Assembly (NCBI GenBank): GCA_964514725.1
Contig: CAZEUL010000018.1
Coordinates: forward strand, 1,211 to 65,210
Source of the DNA: an uncultured Rikenellaceae bacterium
GTDB lineage: Bacteria; Bacteroidota; Bacteroidia; Bacteroidales; VadinHA17
Length of the DNA stretch: 64,000 nt
Direction: 5' to 3'
The first letter of the stretch is position 1; the number at the start of each line of letters is the position of its first letter. A program made the position numbers and the translations under genes. This document shows positions 9,023 through 19,811 of the stretch, piece after piece. Below the pieces are notes generated by a model. It saw only the letters and a program-made list of their open reading frames with translations. It searched no databases and was not told the origin of the DNA.

Positions 9023-9573
9023 AAGGCATGAAGAAAGAGGAGTTCAAGGATAATGAATCGCTGGAACTTTTAAGGGAATCAGGTTCAAATATAATAATCA
9101 CATCAATTAACGATATCATAAACTGGGGAAGGAAGAATTCACTCTGGCCTCTGACGTTTGCAACCAGCTGTTGTGGAATTGAAATGATGGCAACCGGGGC
9201 TCCGCGGCATGATTTTGCAAGGTTTGGAATGGAGGTGTACCGGGCCAGTCCCCGTCAGGCTGACGTAATTGTAGTGGCAGGTACCATCGTAAACAAAATG
9301 GCCCCTGTGCTAAAACGTCTTTATGATCAGATGTCGGAGCCAAAATATGTGGTTGCCATGGGTGCATGTGCTATTTCGGGAGGTCCTTTTTTTCTGCATT
9401 CATATTCAGTTGTTAAAGGTGTTGAGCATGTTATCCCTGTTGATGTATATATACCCGGATGTCCTCCCAGACCTGAAGCTCTTCTCTACGGGATGCTGCA
9501 GCTGCAAAGGAAAATAGAAACAGAAACAATAAAATCGAGAAAAAAACGCAGTTCCTCACATAATGTTAAATAA
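9013..9573 (+). CDS. nuoB: NADH-quinone oxidoreductase subunit B
   Basis: [27 protein letters not shown] and [10 protein letters not shown] motifs. Confidence 0.97.
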   Translation: MGIKGMKKEEFKDNESLELLRESGSNIIITSINDIINWGRKNSLWPLTFATSCCGIEMMATGAPRHDFARFGMEVYRASPRQADVIVVAGTIVNKMAPVLKRLYDQMSEPKYVVAMGACAISGGPFFLHSYSVVKGVEHVIPVDVYIPGCPPRPEALLYGMLQLQRKIETETIKSRKKRSSSHNVK

Positions 9574-9599
9574 TCATCCGGAAATGAACAAAGCATGCC

Positions 9600-10055
9600 A
9601 TGGAAAATGCAAAACTAGCTGATTTTATAATATCCCTTGATAAAGAAGCTGTAATCAAGGAAGGGAAGCAGTTTATTGAAGTAACCGTCCCTCTTTCAAA
9701 TTTAATTACTCTGGCAAAACAGCTCAAAGAAAACAGAGAAACACAGTTCGATTTCCTTGCCTGCCTTACTGGTATTGATTATGGCGTTGATCTTGGTGTT
9801 GTTTATCATTTAAGATCCACCTCGTTAAACCATACAATGGTTTTGAAAACAAGGATCCCGGACAGAGAAAGACCTGTTGTGGATTCTGTCGCAGAAATCT
9901 GGAAAACCGCTGAATACCATGAACGTGAGGTCTATGACTTGCTGGGTATCCGATTCTCAAATCACCCAGATCTGAGACGATTTTTCCTTGAAAATTCAGC
10001 AGGTTACCCGTTAAGGAAGGATTACGTTGACGATGTAAATATTGTCATTAAATGA
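9600..10055 (+). CDS. nuoC: NADH-quinone oxidoreductase subunit C
   Basis: HEREVYDLLGIRFSNHPDLRR...YPLRKD motif. Confidence 0.96.
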   Translation: MENAKLADFIISLDKEAVIKEGKQFIEVTVPLSNLITLAKQLKENRETQFDFLACLTGIDYGVDLGVVYHLRSTSLNHTMVLKTRIPDRERPVVDSVAEIWKTAEYHEREVYDLLGIRFSNHPDLRRFFLENSAGYPLRKDYVDDVNIVIK

Positions 10056-11182
10056 TCATGGAAGAACAGGTAAAAAACAATGCCATCGGGGAACAGGAGG
10101 AATATGTAATAAACATGGGCCCTCAGCATCCATCAACTCACGGAGTGCTGAGGCTCGTAGTTTCCTTAAAAGGAGAAATTGTAACAAAAATAGAACCTCA
10201 TATCGGCTATATTCACAGAGGTATTGAAAAAATGTGCGAAAGCATGACCTACCCCCAGATAATTCATCTTACCGACAGAATGGATTATCTGTCTGCGCAT
10301 ATTAATAATGAAGCTGTCTGTCTGAATATTGAAAAAGCCCTTGAAATTGAAATTCCTGAAAGGGTAAAAGTCATCAGGACAATAATGGCAGAACTTACCA
10401 GAATTCAGTCTCATCAGCTATTCTGGGCCACATTTGGAATGGATCTCGGGGGTCTGACATGTTTCTTTTATGGTCTTCGCGACAGGGAAAAAGTGCTTGA
10501 TATTTTCGAGGAGACATGCGGGGGACGTATGATAGTAAGTTATAACTGTCCGGGCGGGCTGATGTATGATATTCATCCAGGATTCCAGAAACGAGTAAAG
10601 GAATTCATAAAGTATTTCAGGAAGACTCTGCCTGAATACGATCAGTTGCTGACAGGTAATGTGATTTTCAGAGAGAGAACCCGTAATATTGGAAGACTCA
10701 CCCGTGAAGATGCCATTGCATATGGGGTTTCAGGACCTGTCGGCAGAGCATCAGGATTTTCCTGTGATGTCAGGAAAAAAGAACCGTACAGCGCTTATGA
10801 TCGGGTTAATTTCAATGAGGTACTTTTTAACGATGGTGATACCTACCACAGATATCTTGTCAGGATGGAAGAGATGAGAGAATCAATGAATATCATTGAC
10901 CAACTGATAGATAATATTCCCGAGGGACAATTTGCTGTGAAAATGAAACCCATAATTAAATTACCTGAGGGGGAATATTATCAGAGGGTAGAGACAGCTC
11001 GTGGCGAGCTGGGAGTATATATTATCAGCGATGGTAACAAGTACCCTTACAGGATAAAGTTCCGATCACCTAATTTTGTTAATCTTTCTGTTCTCAATCT
11101 TATAGCAAAAGAATTCAAAATAGCAGACCTTGTTGCAATAAGCGGATCCCTTGACCTTATAATACCTGATATTGACAGATGA
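10052..11182 (+). CDS. nuoD: NADH-quinone oxidoreductase subunit D
   Basis: [32 protein letters not shown] and DLIIPDIDR motifs. Confidence 0.97.
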   Translation: MIMEEQVKNNAIGEQEEYVINMGPQHPSTHGVLRLVVSLKGEIVTKIEPHIGYIHRGIEKMCESMTYPQIIHLTDRMDYLSAHINNEAVCLNIEKALEIEIPERVKVIRTIMAELTRIQSHQLFWATFGMDLGGLTCFFYGLRDREKVLDIFEETCGGRMIVSYNCPGGLMYDIHPGFQKRVKEFIKYFRKTLPEYDQLLTGNVIFRERTRNIGRLTREDAIAYGVSGPVGRASGFSCDVRKKEPYSAYDRVNFNEVLFNDGDTYHRYLVRMEEMRESMNIIDQLIDNIPEGQFAVKMKPIIKLPEGEYYQRVETARGELGVYIISDGNKYPYRIKFRSPNFVNLSVLNLIAKEFKIADLVAISGSLDLIIPDIDR

Positions 11183-11226
11183 GGAGTATTGCGATAACAC
11201 ATTTTAATATTGTAGAAAATAAATAT

Positions 11227-12315
11227 ATGCCATTTGATATTTACGATTTTACATCCCTTACCAGGTGGATCGATACAAGTCTTCATAATGTGATGTCTCC
11301 ATTCTGGGCAGTGGTTATTGAATTGTTCATAGTCGGGGTGCTTTTTCTTCTCTTTTATGCCTTAATAGGTCTTTTTCTTGTATATGCAGAGCGTAAAGTT
11401 TGTGCTTTCATGCAAAACCGGCTTGGGCCCAACAGGGTTGGACCATTTGGAATCTTCCAGACGATTGCGGATCTTATTAAGCTGCTCTTTGTAGAACTTG
11501 TTCCAATAAAAAATGCCGATAAGTTTCTGTTCAATCTTGCTCCTTTCATAGTTATTATCACTTCATTTATGGCGATTGCAGCAATACCCTTTGCAAAAGG
11601 ACTTCATGCAATTGACCTGAATATCGGAGTCCTTTATCTTATTGCTGTGTCCGGATTGGGAGTCATCGGGATCCTTCTGGCCGGATGGTCGAGCAACAAT
11701 AAATACTCACTTATTGGGGCAATGAGGAGCGGAGCTCAGATAGTAAGCTATGAGCTGTCCGTAGGTCTTTCGCTTATTACAGTAGTTATTCTTGCCGGCA
11801 CTATGCAGCTTTCGGAGATTGTTGAAGCCCAGGCTACAGGATGGTTCATTTTCAAAGGACATATTCCGGCTTTCATAGCATTTGTAATTTTCCTTATTGC
11901 CAGCACTGCGGAAACAAACCGGGGTCCGTTTGACCTTGCCGAGGCAGAATCAGAGCTTACTGCAGGATACCATACTGAATATTCGGGAATCAAATTTGCT
12001 TTTTTCTTTCTTGCAGAATATATGAATATGTTTATTGTTGCTTCAATTGCAGCAACAGTGTTCCTTGGAGGCTGGATGCCCTTACACATAGGATACTGGG
12101 GTGGATTTAATCATTTGATGGATTTTATTCCTCCTTTTTTATGGTACCTTTTAAAAACTTTCTTTGTAATATTTCTGATGATGTGGTTCAAGTGGACTTT
12201 CCCCAGGTTAAGGATAGACCAACTTTTAACCCTTGAATGGAAATATCTTCTGCCAATAAATCTATTTAATGTTGTCTTAATGTCGTTTGTTGTGCTTATG
12301 GGATGGCATTTCTGA
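11227..12315 (+). CDS. nuoH: NADH-quinone oxidoreductase subunit H
   Basis: [35 protein letters not shown] and PRLRIDQL motifs. Start at 11227 assumed; 11179 is also possible. Confidence 0.95.
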   Translation: MPFDIYDFTSLTRWIDTSLHNVMSPFWAVVIELFIVGVLFLLFYALIGLFLVYAERKVCAFMQNRLGPNRVGPFGIFQTIADLIKLLFVELVPIKNADKFLFNLAPFIVIITSFMAIAAIPFAKGLHAIDLNIGVLYLIAVSGLGVIGILLAGWSSNNKYSLIGAMRSGAQIVSYELSVGLSLITVVILAGTMQLSEIVEAQATGWFIFKGHIPAFIAFVIFLIASTAETNRGPFDLAEAESELTAGYHTEYSGIKFAFFFLAEYMNMFIVASIAATVFLGGWMPLHIGYWGGFNHLMDFIPPFLWYLLKTFFVIFLMMWFKWTFPRLRIDQLLTLEWKYLLPINLFNVVLMSFVVLMGWHF

Positions 12316-12343
12316 TCAAAAGTTTTATGAAAGAGAACTCTTA

Positions 12344-12823
12344 ATGAGAAGTATAGCAAATTATATAAAAAAAATTATAAGCGGTATCTGGTCTCTGCTC
12401 AAAGGGATGAAGGTAACCGGTTCATATTTTTTCAGACCCTCGACAATAGTAACCCAAAAATATCCAGGCAACCGTAGGGAACTTGTTATGTTTGAAAGGT
12501 TCAAGGGCGAGGTAATAATGCCTCATAATGAAAAAAATGAACATAGATGCACAGGATGCGGTATTTGCGAAATCAATTGTCCTAACGGGACCATAGAGGT
12601 CATCGCAAAAACTATTCTTACTGATGATGGCAAAAAGAAGAGAGCTATTGACAAACATATTTATCGTCTTGGAATGTGTACATTCTGTGCCCTCTGTGTT
12701 AAAACATGCCCTTCAAATGCACTTGCATTTTCCCAGGAATTTGAACATGCTGTGTTTGACAGGGCCAAACTTATTAAAATTTTGAACAAACCAGGATCCC
12801 AATTGATGAAAGGAGTTGAATGA
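12344..12823 (+). CDS. nuoI: NADH-quinone oxidoreductase subunit I (2x[4Fe-4S])
   Basis: CTGCGICEINCP and CTFCALCVKTCP. Start at 12344 avoids overlap with nuoH. Confidence 0.95.
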   Translation: MRSIANYIKKIISGIWSLLKGMKVTGSYFFRPSTIVTQKYPGNRRELVMFERFKGEVIMPHNEKNEHRCTGCGICEINCPNGTIEVIAKTILTDDGKKKRAIDKHIYRLGMCTFCALCVKTCPSNALAFSQEFEHAVFDRAKLIKILNKPGSQLMKGVE

Positions 12824-13371
12824 TGACTTTGAACCAGCTGATGTTTATACTGTTTTCAACTATCATAATTGTATTTTCCATACTGACCGTTACTAGCAGA
12901 AGAATTTTAAGGGCAGCAGTTTATCTTCTTTTTGTCCTTGTCGCAACAGCAGGTCTTTATTTCATGCTTAATTATGAGTTTCTGGCTGCGGTGCAGTTGA
13001 CATTATATGCGGGAGGTATTGTTGTTCTGATAATCTTTTCAATACTTCTTACCAGTCATATCGATCTGAAGTTTGAACCTGTTGGCTTGAAAAAGTCACT
13101 TTTTTCTGCTATGGCTTCAATAGCAGGTGCAATTCTGACCATTATTACAATACTTGATTTCAGGTTTTCAGCTACTTCAGAGGCTGCCAGAGAAGTGAAC
13201 ATGAGGCTTGTGGGAAAATCCCTCCTCTCAGTAGGAAAAGATGGTTATGTGTTGCCTTTTGAGGTGATTTCAGTACTCCTGCTGGCATCAATGATAGCAG
13301 CAATCGTAATTGCCAGGAAGGGCGGACCTGAAAATCCCCGATCTCAAAAAATAAATCAAAAAATAATATGA
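12820..13371 (+). CDS. nuoJ: NADH-quinone oxidoreductase subunit J
   Basis: AAVQLTLYAGGIVVLIIF and LPFEVISVLLLASMIAAI motifs. Confidence 0.95.
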   Translation: MMTLNQLMFILFSTIIIVFSILTVTSRRILRAAVYLLFVLVATAGLYFMLNYEFLAAVQLTLYAGGIVVLIIFSILLTSHIDLKFEPVGLKKSLFSAMASIAGAILTIITILDFRFSATSEAAREVNMRLVGKSLLSVGKDGYVLPFEVISVLLLASMIAAIVIARKGGPENPRSQKINQKII

Positions 13372-13685
13372 ACGCAGGAGTTCCATTAAGCTATTTTCTG
13401 ATCCTGGCTGCAATCATGTTCTTTGCCGGAGTTTACGGGTTCCTTACAAGAAGAAACCTTATAACAATACTAATGTCTGTAGAGTTGATTCTTAACTCCG
13501 TTAATATTAATTTTCTGGCATTCAACAGGTTTCTGTTTCCACACAAACTTGAGGGATTTTTCTTCAGCCTGTTCATAATAACTGTAGCCGCATCCGAGGC
13601 AGCAGTAGCTATAGCAATTATAATCAATATTTATCGCAGGTTCACAACAATTAATGTTGAAGATGTTGATGTTATGAAATTCTAA
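13368..13685 (+). CDS. nuoK: NADH-quinone oxidoreductase subunit K
   Basis: RRNLITILMSVELILNSVN and VAASEAAVAIAI motifs. Confidence 0.96.
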   Translation: MNAGVPLSYFLILAAIMFFAGVYGFLTRRNLITILMSVELILNSVNINFLAFNRFLFPHKLEGFFFSLFIITVAASEAAVAIAIIINIYRRFTTINVEDVDVMKF

Positions 13686-13706
13686 TATTTACAATTTACG
13701 GCAGAA

Positions 13707-15632
13707 ATGCTTATGACAAATTATACATATACAGTCCTGATACTGCTAATTCCTTTCCTGGTTTTCATATTGCTAGGTCTTACAGGCCACCACCTTAAAT
13801 CAAAACTATCAGGAATTCTTGGCACAGTAGGAATGGGGACAGTCACCTTTCTCTCCTACCAGACAGCCTTTTATTATTATTTTGCCAGTGATAAAATAAA
13901 TGATGCTTTTCAGAAAGTCATAGCGTATAATGGGACATGGTTGAAGTTTAATGATAATCTACATATTGACATGGGTATTTTGCTTGATCCCATTTCAGTA
14001 ATGATGTTGATAGTTGTATCAACAGTGTCATTTATGGTTCATATTTACAGTCTTGGATATATGAAAGGGGAAAAAGGATTTGAGCGTTATTATGCATTTC
14101 TTTCCCTTTTTTCTTTCTCAATGCTTGGACTGGTGGTAGCTACAAACATTTTCCAGATGTACATCTTCTGGGAACTTGTTGGGGTATCTTCATATTTGCT
14201 TATAGGTTTCTATTATATGAAACCTGAAGCCGTTAGGGCTGCCAAAAAAGCTTTTATAGTAACCAGGTTTGCCGATCTTGGATTTCTGATAGGGATCCTT
14301 ATCCTTTCATTCAATACGCGAACATTTGATTTTATTACCCTTACTGATCCATCAGGACCGGCAATAAATATGGGGCCGGGTATTAACTTTCTTGGACTCT
14401 CTGTCATGACATGGTCAATGATTTTTATTTATATGGGAGGTGTTGGTAAATCGGCAATGTTCCCGTTTCATATATGGCTTCCTGATGCAATGGAAGGTCC
14501 GACTCCGGTATCTGCCCTCATACATGCGGCGACAATGGTAGTAGCTGGAGTATACCTTGTTGCAAGAATGTTTCCCATTTACGTTTTATCTGCACAGCCG
14601 GCATTGGAAGTGGTGGCATATATTGGTGCATTTTCGTCGTTATTTGCAGCAATAATAGCATGTACACAGATTGATATAAAAAGGGTTCTGGCATACTCTA
14701 CAATATCCCAGATTGGATATATGATGCTTGCATTGGGTGTTTCAGGTTATGGAGGTCGTGAGGGGCTAGGTTATATGGCATCTATGTTCCATCTTTTTAC
14801 ACACGCCATGTTTAAAGCATTGCTTTTTCTTGGAGCCGGTGCAATAATCCATGCTGTGCACAGTAATTTTATGACTGATATGGGAGGTCTGAGAAAATTC
14901 CTGCCTGTCACTCATATCACTTTCCTGATAGCATGCCTTACTATTGCAGGTATCCCTCCTTTTTCCGGGTTCTTCAGCAAGGATGAAATACTGGCTGCGG
15001 CATTTCATAATAATAAGCTGCTTTTTTCTGTGGAGTATTTTGTTGCTGGAATTACTGCCTTCTATATGTTCAGACTTTATTTCAATATTTTCTGGGGAGA
15101 AGATAAAAGTTATCACCATACTCCGCATGAAGCACCTCTAAGCATGACAATTCCACTGATAATATTAGCAGCAGGAGCTGTATTTTCGGGATTTATCCCT
15201 TTCAATGAATTGGTTACCTCAGATGGGAGAGCCTTTGAGACAGAAATTGAAAGGAATATCGCAGTACCATCAGTTTTAATTGCTCTTGTCGGAATAACAG
15301 CCGCATTTGTTATCTATGCCAGAAAAACAACCATACCTGACAGGCTTTCAGGGATATTTAAATACTTATATAAGTGGGCATATAATAAATTCTATATTGA
15401 TGAGATTTATTTGTATATAACAAAAAAGATAATCTTCAGATATATCTCAGAACCTGTTGCCTGGTTTGACAGGCATATAGTGGATGGGACGATGAATGCA
15501 CTTGCAGTGATGACTCAGGTTATTTCTTTCAGAATAAGGTATTTCCAGTCGGGCCAACTCCAAAAATATGCATTTGTATATGTCTCCGGAGTGGTTGCAC
15601 TGGCAGTTGTCTTAATCTATCTGTGGATTTGA
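13707..15632 (+). CDS. nuoL: NADH-quinone oxidoreductase subunit L
   Basis: FWELVGVSSYLLIGF, WLPDAMEGPTPVSALIHAATMV and HLFTHAMFKALLFL motifs. Confidence 0.97.
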   Translation: MLMTNYTYTVLILLIPFLVFILLGLTGHHLKSKLSGILGTVGMGTVTFLSYQTAFYYYFASDKINDAFQKVIAYNGTWLKFNDNLHIDMGILLDPISVMMLIVVSTVSFMVHIYSLGYMKGEKGFERYYAFLSLFSFSMLGLVVATNIFQMYIFWELVGVSSYLLIGFYYMKPEAVRAAKKAFIVTRFADLGFLIGILILSFNTRTFDFITLTDPSGPAINMGPGINFLGLSVMTWSMIFIYMGGVGKSAMFPFHIWLPDAMEGPTPVSALIHAATMVVAGVYLVARMFPIYVLSAQPALEVVAYIGAFSSLFAAIIACTQIDIKRVLAYSTISQIGYMMLALGVSGYGGREGLGYMASMFHLFTHAMFKALLFLGAGAIIHAVHSNFMTDMGGLRKFLPVTHITFLIACLTIAGIPPFSGFFSKDEILAAAFHNNKLLFSVEYFVAGITAFYMFRLYFNIFWGEDKSYHHTPHEAPLSMTIPLIILAAGAVFSGFIPFNELVTSDGRAFETEIERNIAVPSVLIALVGITAAFVIYARKTTIPDRLSGIFKYLYKWAYNKFYIDEIYLYITKKIIFRYISEPVAWFDRHIVDGTMNALAVMTQVISFRIRYFQSGQLQKYAFVYVSGVVALAVVLIYLWI

Positions 15633-15653
15633 CAAATTCATTAAAAAGAAATT

Positions 15654-17159
15654 ATGAATATTTTATCACTATTCGTACTGGTACCTGTTTTGACAATTAC
15701 AGCGATCGTTCTTTCGAGAGATAGGCGGCAGGCAAAGATGATTTCGGCAATTGGAATGAGTATTCAGATGGTTTTGTCAGGAATACTTGTTTTCCTATAT
15801 GTTTCGGCACGCAATTCAGGAGAAGCAGCGGAAATGCTCTTCGTGAATGATCTTATCTGGTTCAAAAGCCTTAACATACATTATGTTGTCGGTGTCGATG
15901 GAATTTCAGTGGCAATGATTGCTTTGACTTCCATAGTTGTATTTGCAGGTGTTTTTGCTTCGTGGGAGATGGATTATCTTACAAAGGAGTTTTTTATTTC
16001 ACTGATACTGCTGGCAACAGGTGTTTTTGGATTTTTCATCTCACTCGATCTTTTCACAATGTTCCTTTTCTATGAGCTTGCGGTTATACCAATGTATCTT
16101 CTTATCGGTATCTGGGGAAGCGGACCAAAAGAGTATTCAGCCATGAAGCTGACTCTTATGCTTATGGGTGCTTCCGCACTCCTTCTTGTAGGTATATTGG
16201 GAATTTATTTTAATTCTGCACCTTACGGTGGAAAACTGACTTTTAACATTCTTGAAATTTCAAAAGTAACAATACCGATAAAAGCTCAGTACATCTTCTT
16301 CCCTCTTACCTTTGTGGGTTTTGGGGTTCTGGGTGCCTTGTTCCCATTCCATACCTGGTCTCCTGACGGACATTCATCAGCCCCCACTGCAGTATCTATG
16401 CTGCATGCCGGTGTGTTAATGAAACTAGGCGGTTACGGGGCCTTCAGGGTAGCAATATTTCTGATGCCCGAAGCAGCTAAAGAGCTTGCGTGGATCTTTA
16501 TAATTCTTACTACAATAAGTGTTGTTTACGGGGCTTTTGGTGCAATTGTACAAAAAGATCTTAAATACATCAATGCCTATTCTTCCGTGAGTCATTGCGG
16601 CCTTGTCCTTTTTGCAATTCTTATGATGAACCAGACAGCAATGAATGGAGCAATAATTCAGATGATTTCGCATGGGCTAATGACCGCCCTGTTCTTTGCA
16701 CTCATCGGTATGATTTATAGCAGAACACACACAAGAATGATAAATGAGATGGGTGGACTTATGAAGTTCATTCCTTTTCTTTCAGTATGCTATGTGATAG
16801 CTGGTCTGGCATCACTTGGTCTTCCTGGGTTGAGCGGATTTGTAGCCGAAATGACGATTTTTGTTGGAGCTTTTCAGCATCCCGATCACTTCCACAGAAT
16901 TACTACTATAATTGCAGTTACTTCCATTGTAATAACTGCAGTTTATATCCTACGGGTTATAGCGATACTGTTGCTCGGAACATCAGAAAATGAGCATTAC
17001 TTTCATCTTACTGATGCAGAATGGTATGAAAGGATCTCAACAATCTCACTTATTGCGTTTGTAGCCCTAATCGGACTTGCACCTTTCTGGTTAACATCAT
17101 TAACTGGTACGAGTCTTCAGCCAATAATAAATAAAATATTTGCAATAAATGTTTTTTAA
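15654..17159 (+). CDS. nuoM: NADH-quinone oxidoreductase subunit M
   Basis: GVDGIS, FPFHTWSPDGHSSAPT and LMKLGGYG motifs. Confidence 0.97.
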   Translation: MNILSLFVLVPVLTITAIVLSRDRRQAKMISAIGMSIQMVLSGILVFLYVSARNSGEAAEMLFVNDLIWFKSLNIHYVVGVDGISVAMIALTSIVVFAGVFASWEMDYLTKEFFISLILLATGVFGFFISLDLFTMFLFYELAVIPMYLLIGIWGSGPKEYSAMKLTLMLMGASALLLVGILGIYFNSAPYGGKLTFNILEISKVTIPIKAQYIFFPLTFVGFGVLGALFPFHTWSPDGHSSAPTAVSMLHAGVLMKLGGYGAFRVAIFLMPEAAKELAWIFIILTTISVVYGAFGAIVQKDLKYINAYSSVSHCGLVLFAILMMNQTAMNGAIIQMISHGLMTALFFALIGMIYSRTHTRMINEMGGLMKFIPFLSVCYVIAGLASLGLPGLSGFVAEMTIFVGAFQHPDHFHRITTIIAVTSIVITAVYILRVIAILLLGTSENEHYFHLTDAEWYERISTISLIAFVALIGLAPFWLTSLTGTSLQPIINKIFAINVF

Positions 17160-17219
17160 AAAAGCCAGCTTTGTTGAACTTTATTAATCTTAATTGAATA
17201 TACTTTACATACAATTAAT

Positions 17220-18641
17220 ATGAATCCTGGGGATTTTGCATTGATGAGACATGAACTTCTTCTTACTGCTGCAGCACTTACAGTGCTGGCAGCTGAAATA
17301 TTCCATGGCTCAAAAAGCAGGAAATCAATAAGTTATTTTGCAGTTATTACTTTCTTTGTAATTACACTGGCAGGATTTCTTCCTTCACCTTCAGGAAGTC
17401 TGTTCGGCAATATGTACATTGCCGACAAGACAAGGCTGATCATGAAAAACATTCTTAATATAGGAGCTTTGCTTGTATTGTTTCAGTCTTTAACATGGAT
17501 TAATAAAGAAGAAAACCATGACAGGGTCAGTGAATATTTCATTCTGCTGATTTCAACGCTTGCCGGGATGAACTTTATGATCTCAACTGGCCATTTCCTT
17601 ATGTTTTATATTGGACTTGAACTGGCAACAATTCCTATGGCCGCTTTGGCTGCCTATAACAAATATAATAACAAATCGGCTGAGGCTGGTATTAAACTTA
17701 TTCTTATATCAGCACTTTCCTCGGGCGTTTTGCTGTATGGACTGGCGATGATATACGGCACCACCGGATCGCTTTATTTCAGTGAGGTGGCCCAGACTTT
17801 TCAAAATAATAATCTTCAGCTCCTTGGATTTATTTTCTTCTTTTCTGGGATGTCATTTAAAATATCTATTGTGCCTTTTCATCTATGGACAGCAGATGTT
17901 TATGAAGGTTCACCTGTGAATATAACATCATACCTGTCTGTAATCTCAAAAGGATCTGCAGTATTCATTTTTATTATTGTTCTGTTCACGGTATTCCCGG
18001 CTGTAATAGAAACCTGGCAGAAAGCCATATATGTCACTTCTGTTTTGACAATGACTATTGGAAACCTTTTTGCGATCCGTCAGCAAAATCTTAAAAGGTT
18101 TCTAGCATTTTCATCAATATCTCAGGCTGGCTATATTTTTCTTGGTGTGATTGGTGGCAACCAGATGGGGATGGCCTCTGTGATTTATTATGTTCTCGTG
18201 TATATTTTCTCAAATCTGGGTGCGTTCGGTGTGGTGGCTGCAATCTCAAATGCCACAGGTAAGGAGAATCTTAATGATTATAACGGACTATACCATACAA
18301 ATCCTCGGCTTAGCCTTGTAATGACCTTGGCTGTGTTTTCACTGGCCGGTATACCTCCTGTTGCAGGATTTTTCGGGAAGTTCTTCCTTTTTACTGCCGC
18401 AGCTGAAAAGGGTTATTATCTGCTTGTAACAATTGCAGTACTTAATACAATTATTTCTCTTTATTATTATCTTCTTGTTGTTAAGGCTATGTTCATAAAT
18501 GCAGATGAAACACATGTTGAAAATTTCATAAGTGATCTCCCCACACGTATCGGACTCGGAATATGTGTTGCAGGTATAATTGTGACAGGTTTTGCCAGTA
18601 TTGTTTTTGAAATAATAAGGGAAGTTAGTTTTGGAGTTTGA
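17220..18641 (+). CDS. nuoN: NADH-quinone oxidoreductase subunit N
   Basis: EAGIKL, FKISIVPFHLWTADVYEGSP and SLAGIPPVAGFFGKF motifs. Confidence 0.97.
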   Translation: MNPGDFALMRHELLLTAAALTVLAAEIFHGSKSRKSISYFAVITFFVITLAGFLPSPSGSLFGNMYIADKTRLIMKNILNIGALLVLFQSLTWINKEENHDRVSEYFILLISTLAGMNFMISTGHFLMFYIGLELATIPMAALAAYNKYNNKSAEAGIKLILISALSSGVLLYGLAMIYGTTGSLYFSEVAQTFQNNNLQLLGFIFFFSGMSFKISIVPFHLWTADVYEGSPVNITSYLSVISKGSAVFIFIIVLFTVFPAVIETWQKAIYVTSVLTMTIGNLFAIRQQNLKRFLAFSSISQAGYIFLGVIGGNQMGMASVIYYVLVYIFSNLGAFGVVAAISNATGKENLNDYNGLYHTNPRLSLVMTLAVFSLAGIPPVAGFFGKFFLFTAAAEKGYYLLVTIAVLNTIISLYYYLLVVKAMFINADETHVENFISDLPTRIGLGICVAGIIVTGFASIVFEIIREVSFGV

Positions 18642-18656
18642 CAAGTTGTCCAGATT

Positions 18657-19001
18657 ATGGCGATAAATAATTTAAAACATATTATTGGCGAAATTGATGG
18701 AATAAGGTGTACAATCATTGAAACCGGGGTTTCAGGTGAACGTGCTGCATTTCTTCGCCAGCTTCTGGAATTCAATAATCTTGAAGTCAGGGAATTAATT
18801 ATTCCTTCTGAAGTCCCGGGAGAAGAGCCAAAATATACTATCGGAGTAACTGATATAGTTTTCAATCCTGTTTTTGCAATTTATGAACGCCAGCTTAAGA
18901 CGCCGGAAGGCAGTTTTGTAACCCCGGGATACTGGCTGCAGGAATGTATAGATTGTGATCCCCGATACTGGCTCAGAAGAAAGAAAAAAAATAACCCTTA
19001 G
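18657..19001 (+). CDS. Hypothetical soluble protein at the end of the nuo operon
   Basis: 114-aa ORF starting 15 nt after the nuoN stop on the same strand. Contains CIDC. No family recognised. Confidence 0.75.
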   Translation: MAINNLKHIIGEIDGIRCTIIETGVSGERAAFLRQLLEFNNLEVRELIIPSEVPGEEPKYTIGVTDIVFNPVFAIYERQLKTPEGSFVTPGYWLQECIDCDPRYWLRRKKKNNP

Positions 19002-19022
19002 GAGAAAACGAGGAAATTCCGG

Positions 19023-19775
19023 TTATAGATTGTCATCATTCCAGATATCCCACGAACGCTCAGCCTGGGCATAAAGCATTTTTAAACCATTAATGACAGT
19101 ACAGCCCCTCTCCTTCCCTTCTTTTAGGAAAGATGTCATTTCAGGATTATAAACAAGATCAAAAAGAATCATTCCTTCCTTCAGGTCATCATATCTGAGA
19201 TCTGGCCGGGTCAGGATATCTGGATACATTCCAAGAGGCGTTGTATTGATTATCAACTGATTGTTCATGAGGATGTCTTTACTAAGTTCTGAATAGGTAA
19301 GACACCCAGGCTTTTTAGTCCTGGAAATAAGTGTATATTTTACACTTATTTTATTTAATACATGACATACGGCTTTGGAACTGCCGCCTGTTCCCAGAAC
19401 CAGTGCATTTTTCAAACTTTCAGATAGAAATGGCATTAAAGTGATCTGTATTCCGTAAATATCGCTGTTAAATCCGGATATTTTAATCTTGCCTTCGGTT
19501 CTCTTTATTTTTAATACATTAACAGCTCCAACTTTTTCTGATTCATAGTCAATAGAATCAATTATTTTAATTACGGAAGTTTTGTAAGGTATTGTAACAT
19601 TCAGACCAATTATTTCAGGATCAGATTTTAGAAGATCATGCAACTGCCCGATACTGGATAGAGGATAATTATCATAAGAGCAATCAGTTATCTCTTCTTT
19701 TTCAAATTTTTCAGAGAAGTATTTTTTTGAGAATGAGTGTCCCAAAGGATATCCAATGAGGCCGAATTTTCTCAT
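19023..19775 (-). CDS. aroE: Shikimate dehydrogenase
   Basis: GYPLGHSFS, GLNVTIPYK, GAVN, NSD, LGTGGSS, INTTPLGM and DLVYNP motifs. Confidence 0.96.
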   Translation of the reverse strand: MRKFGLIGYPLGHSFSKKYFSEKFEKEEITDCSYDNYPLSSIGQLHDLLKSDPEIIGLNVTIPYKTSVIKIIDSIDYESEKVGAVNVLKIKRTEGKIKISGFNSDIYGIQITLMPFLSESLKNALVLGTGGSSKAVCHVLNKISVKYTLISRTKKPGCLTYSELSKDILMNNQLIINTTPLGMYPDILTRPDLRYDDLKEGMILFDLVYNPEMTSFLKEGKERGCTVINGLKMLYAQAERSWDIWNDDNL

Positions 19776-19811
19776 TATTAGTAATTTAGAGATAGCAGAC
19801 CCTCAAAATGA

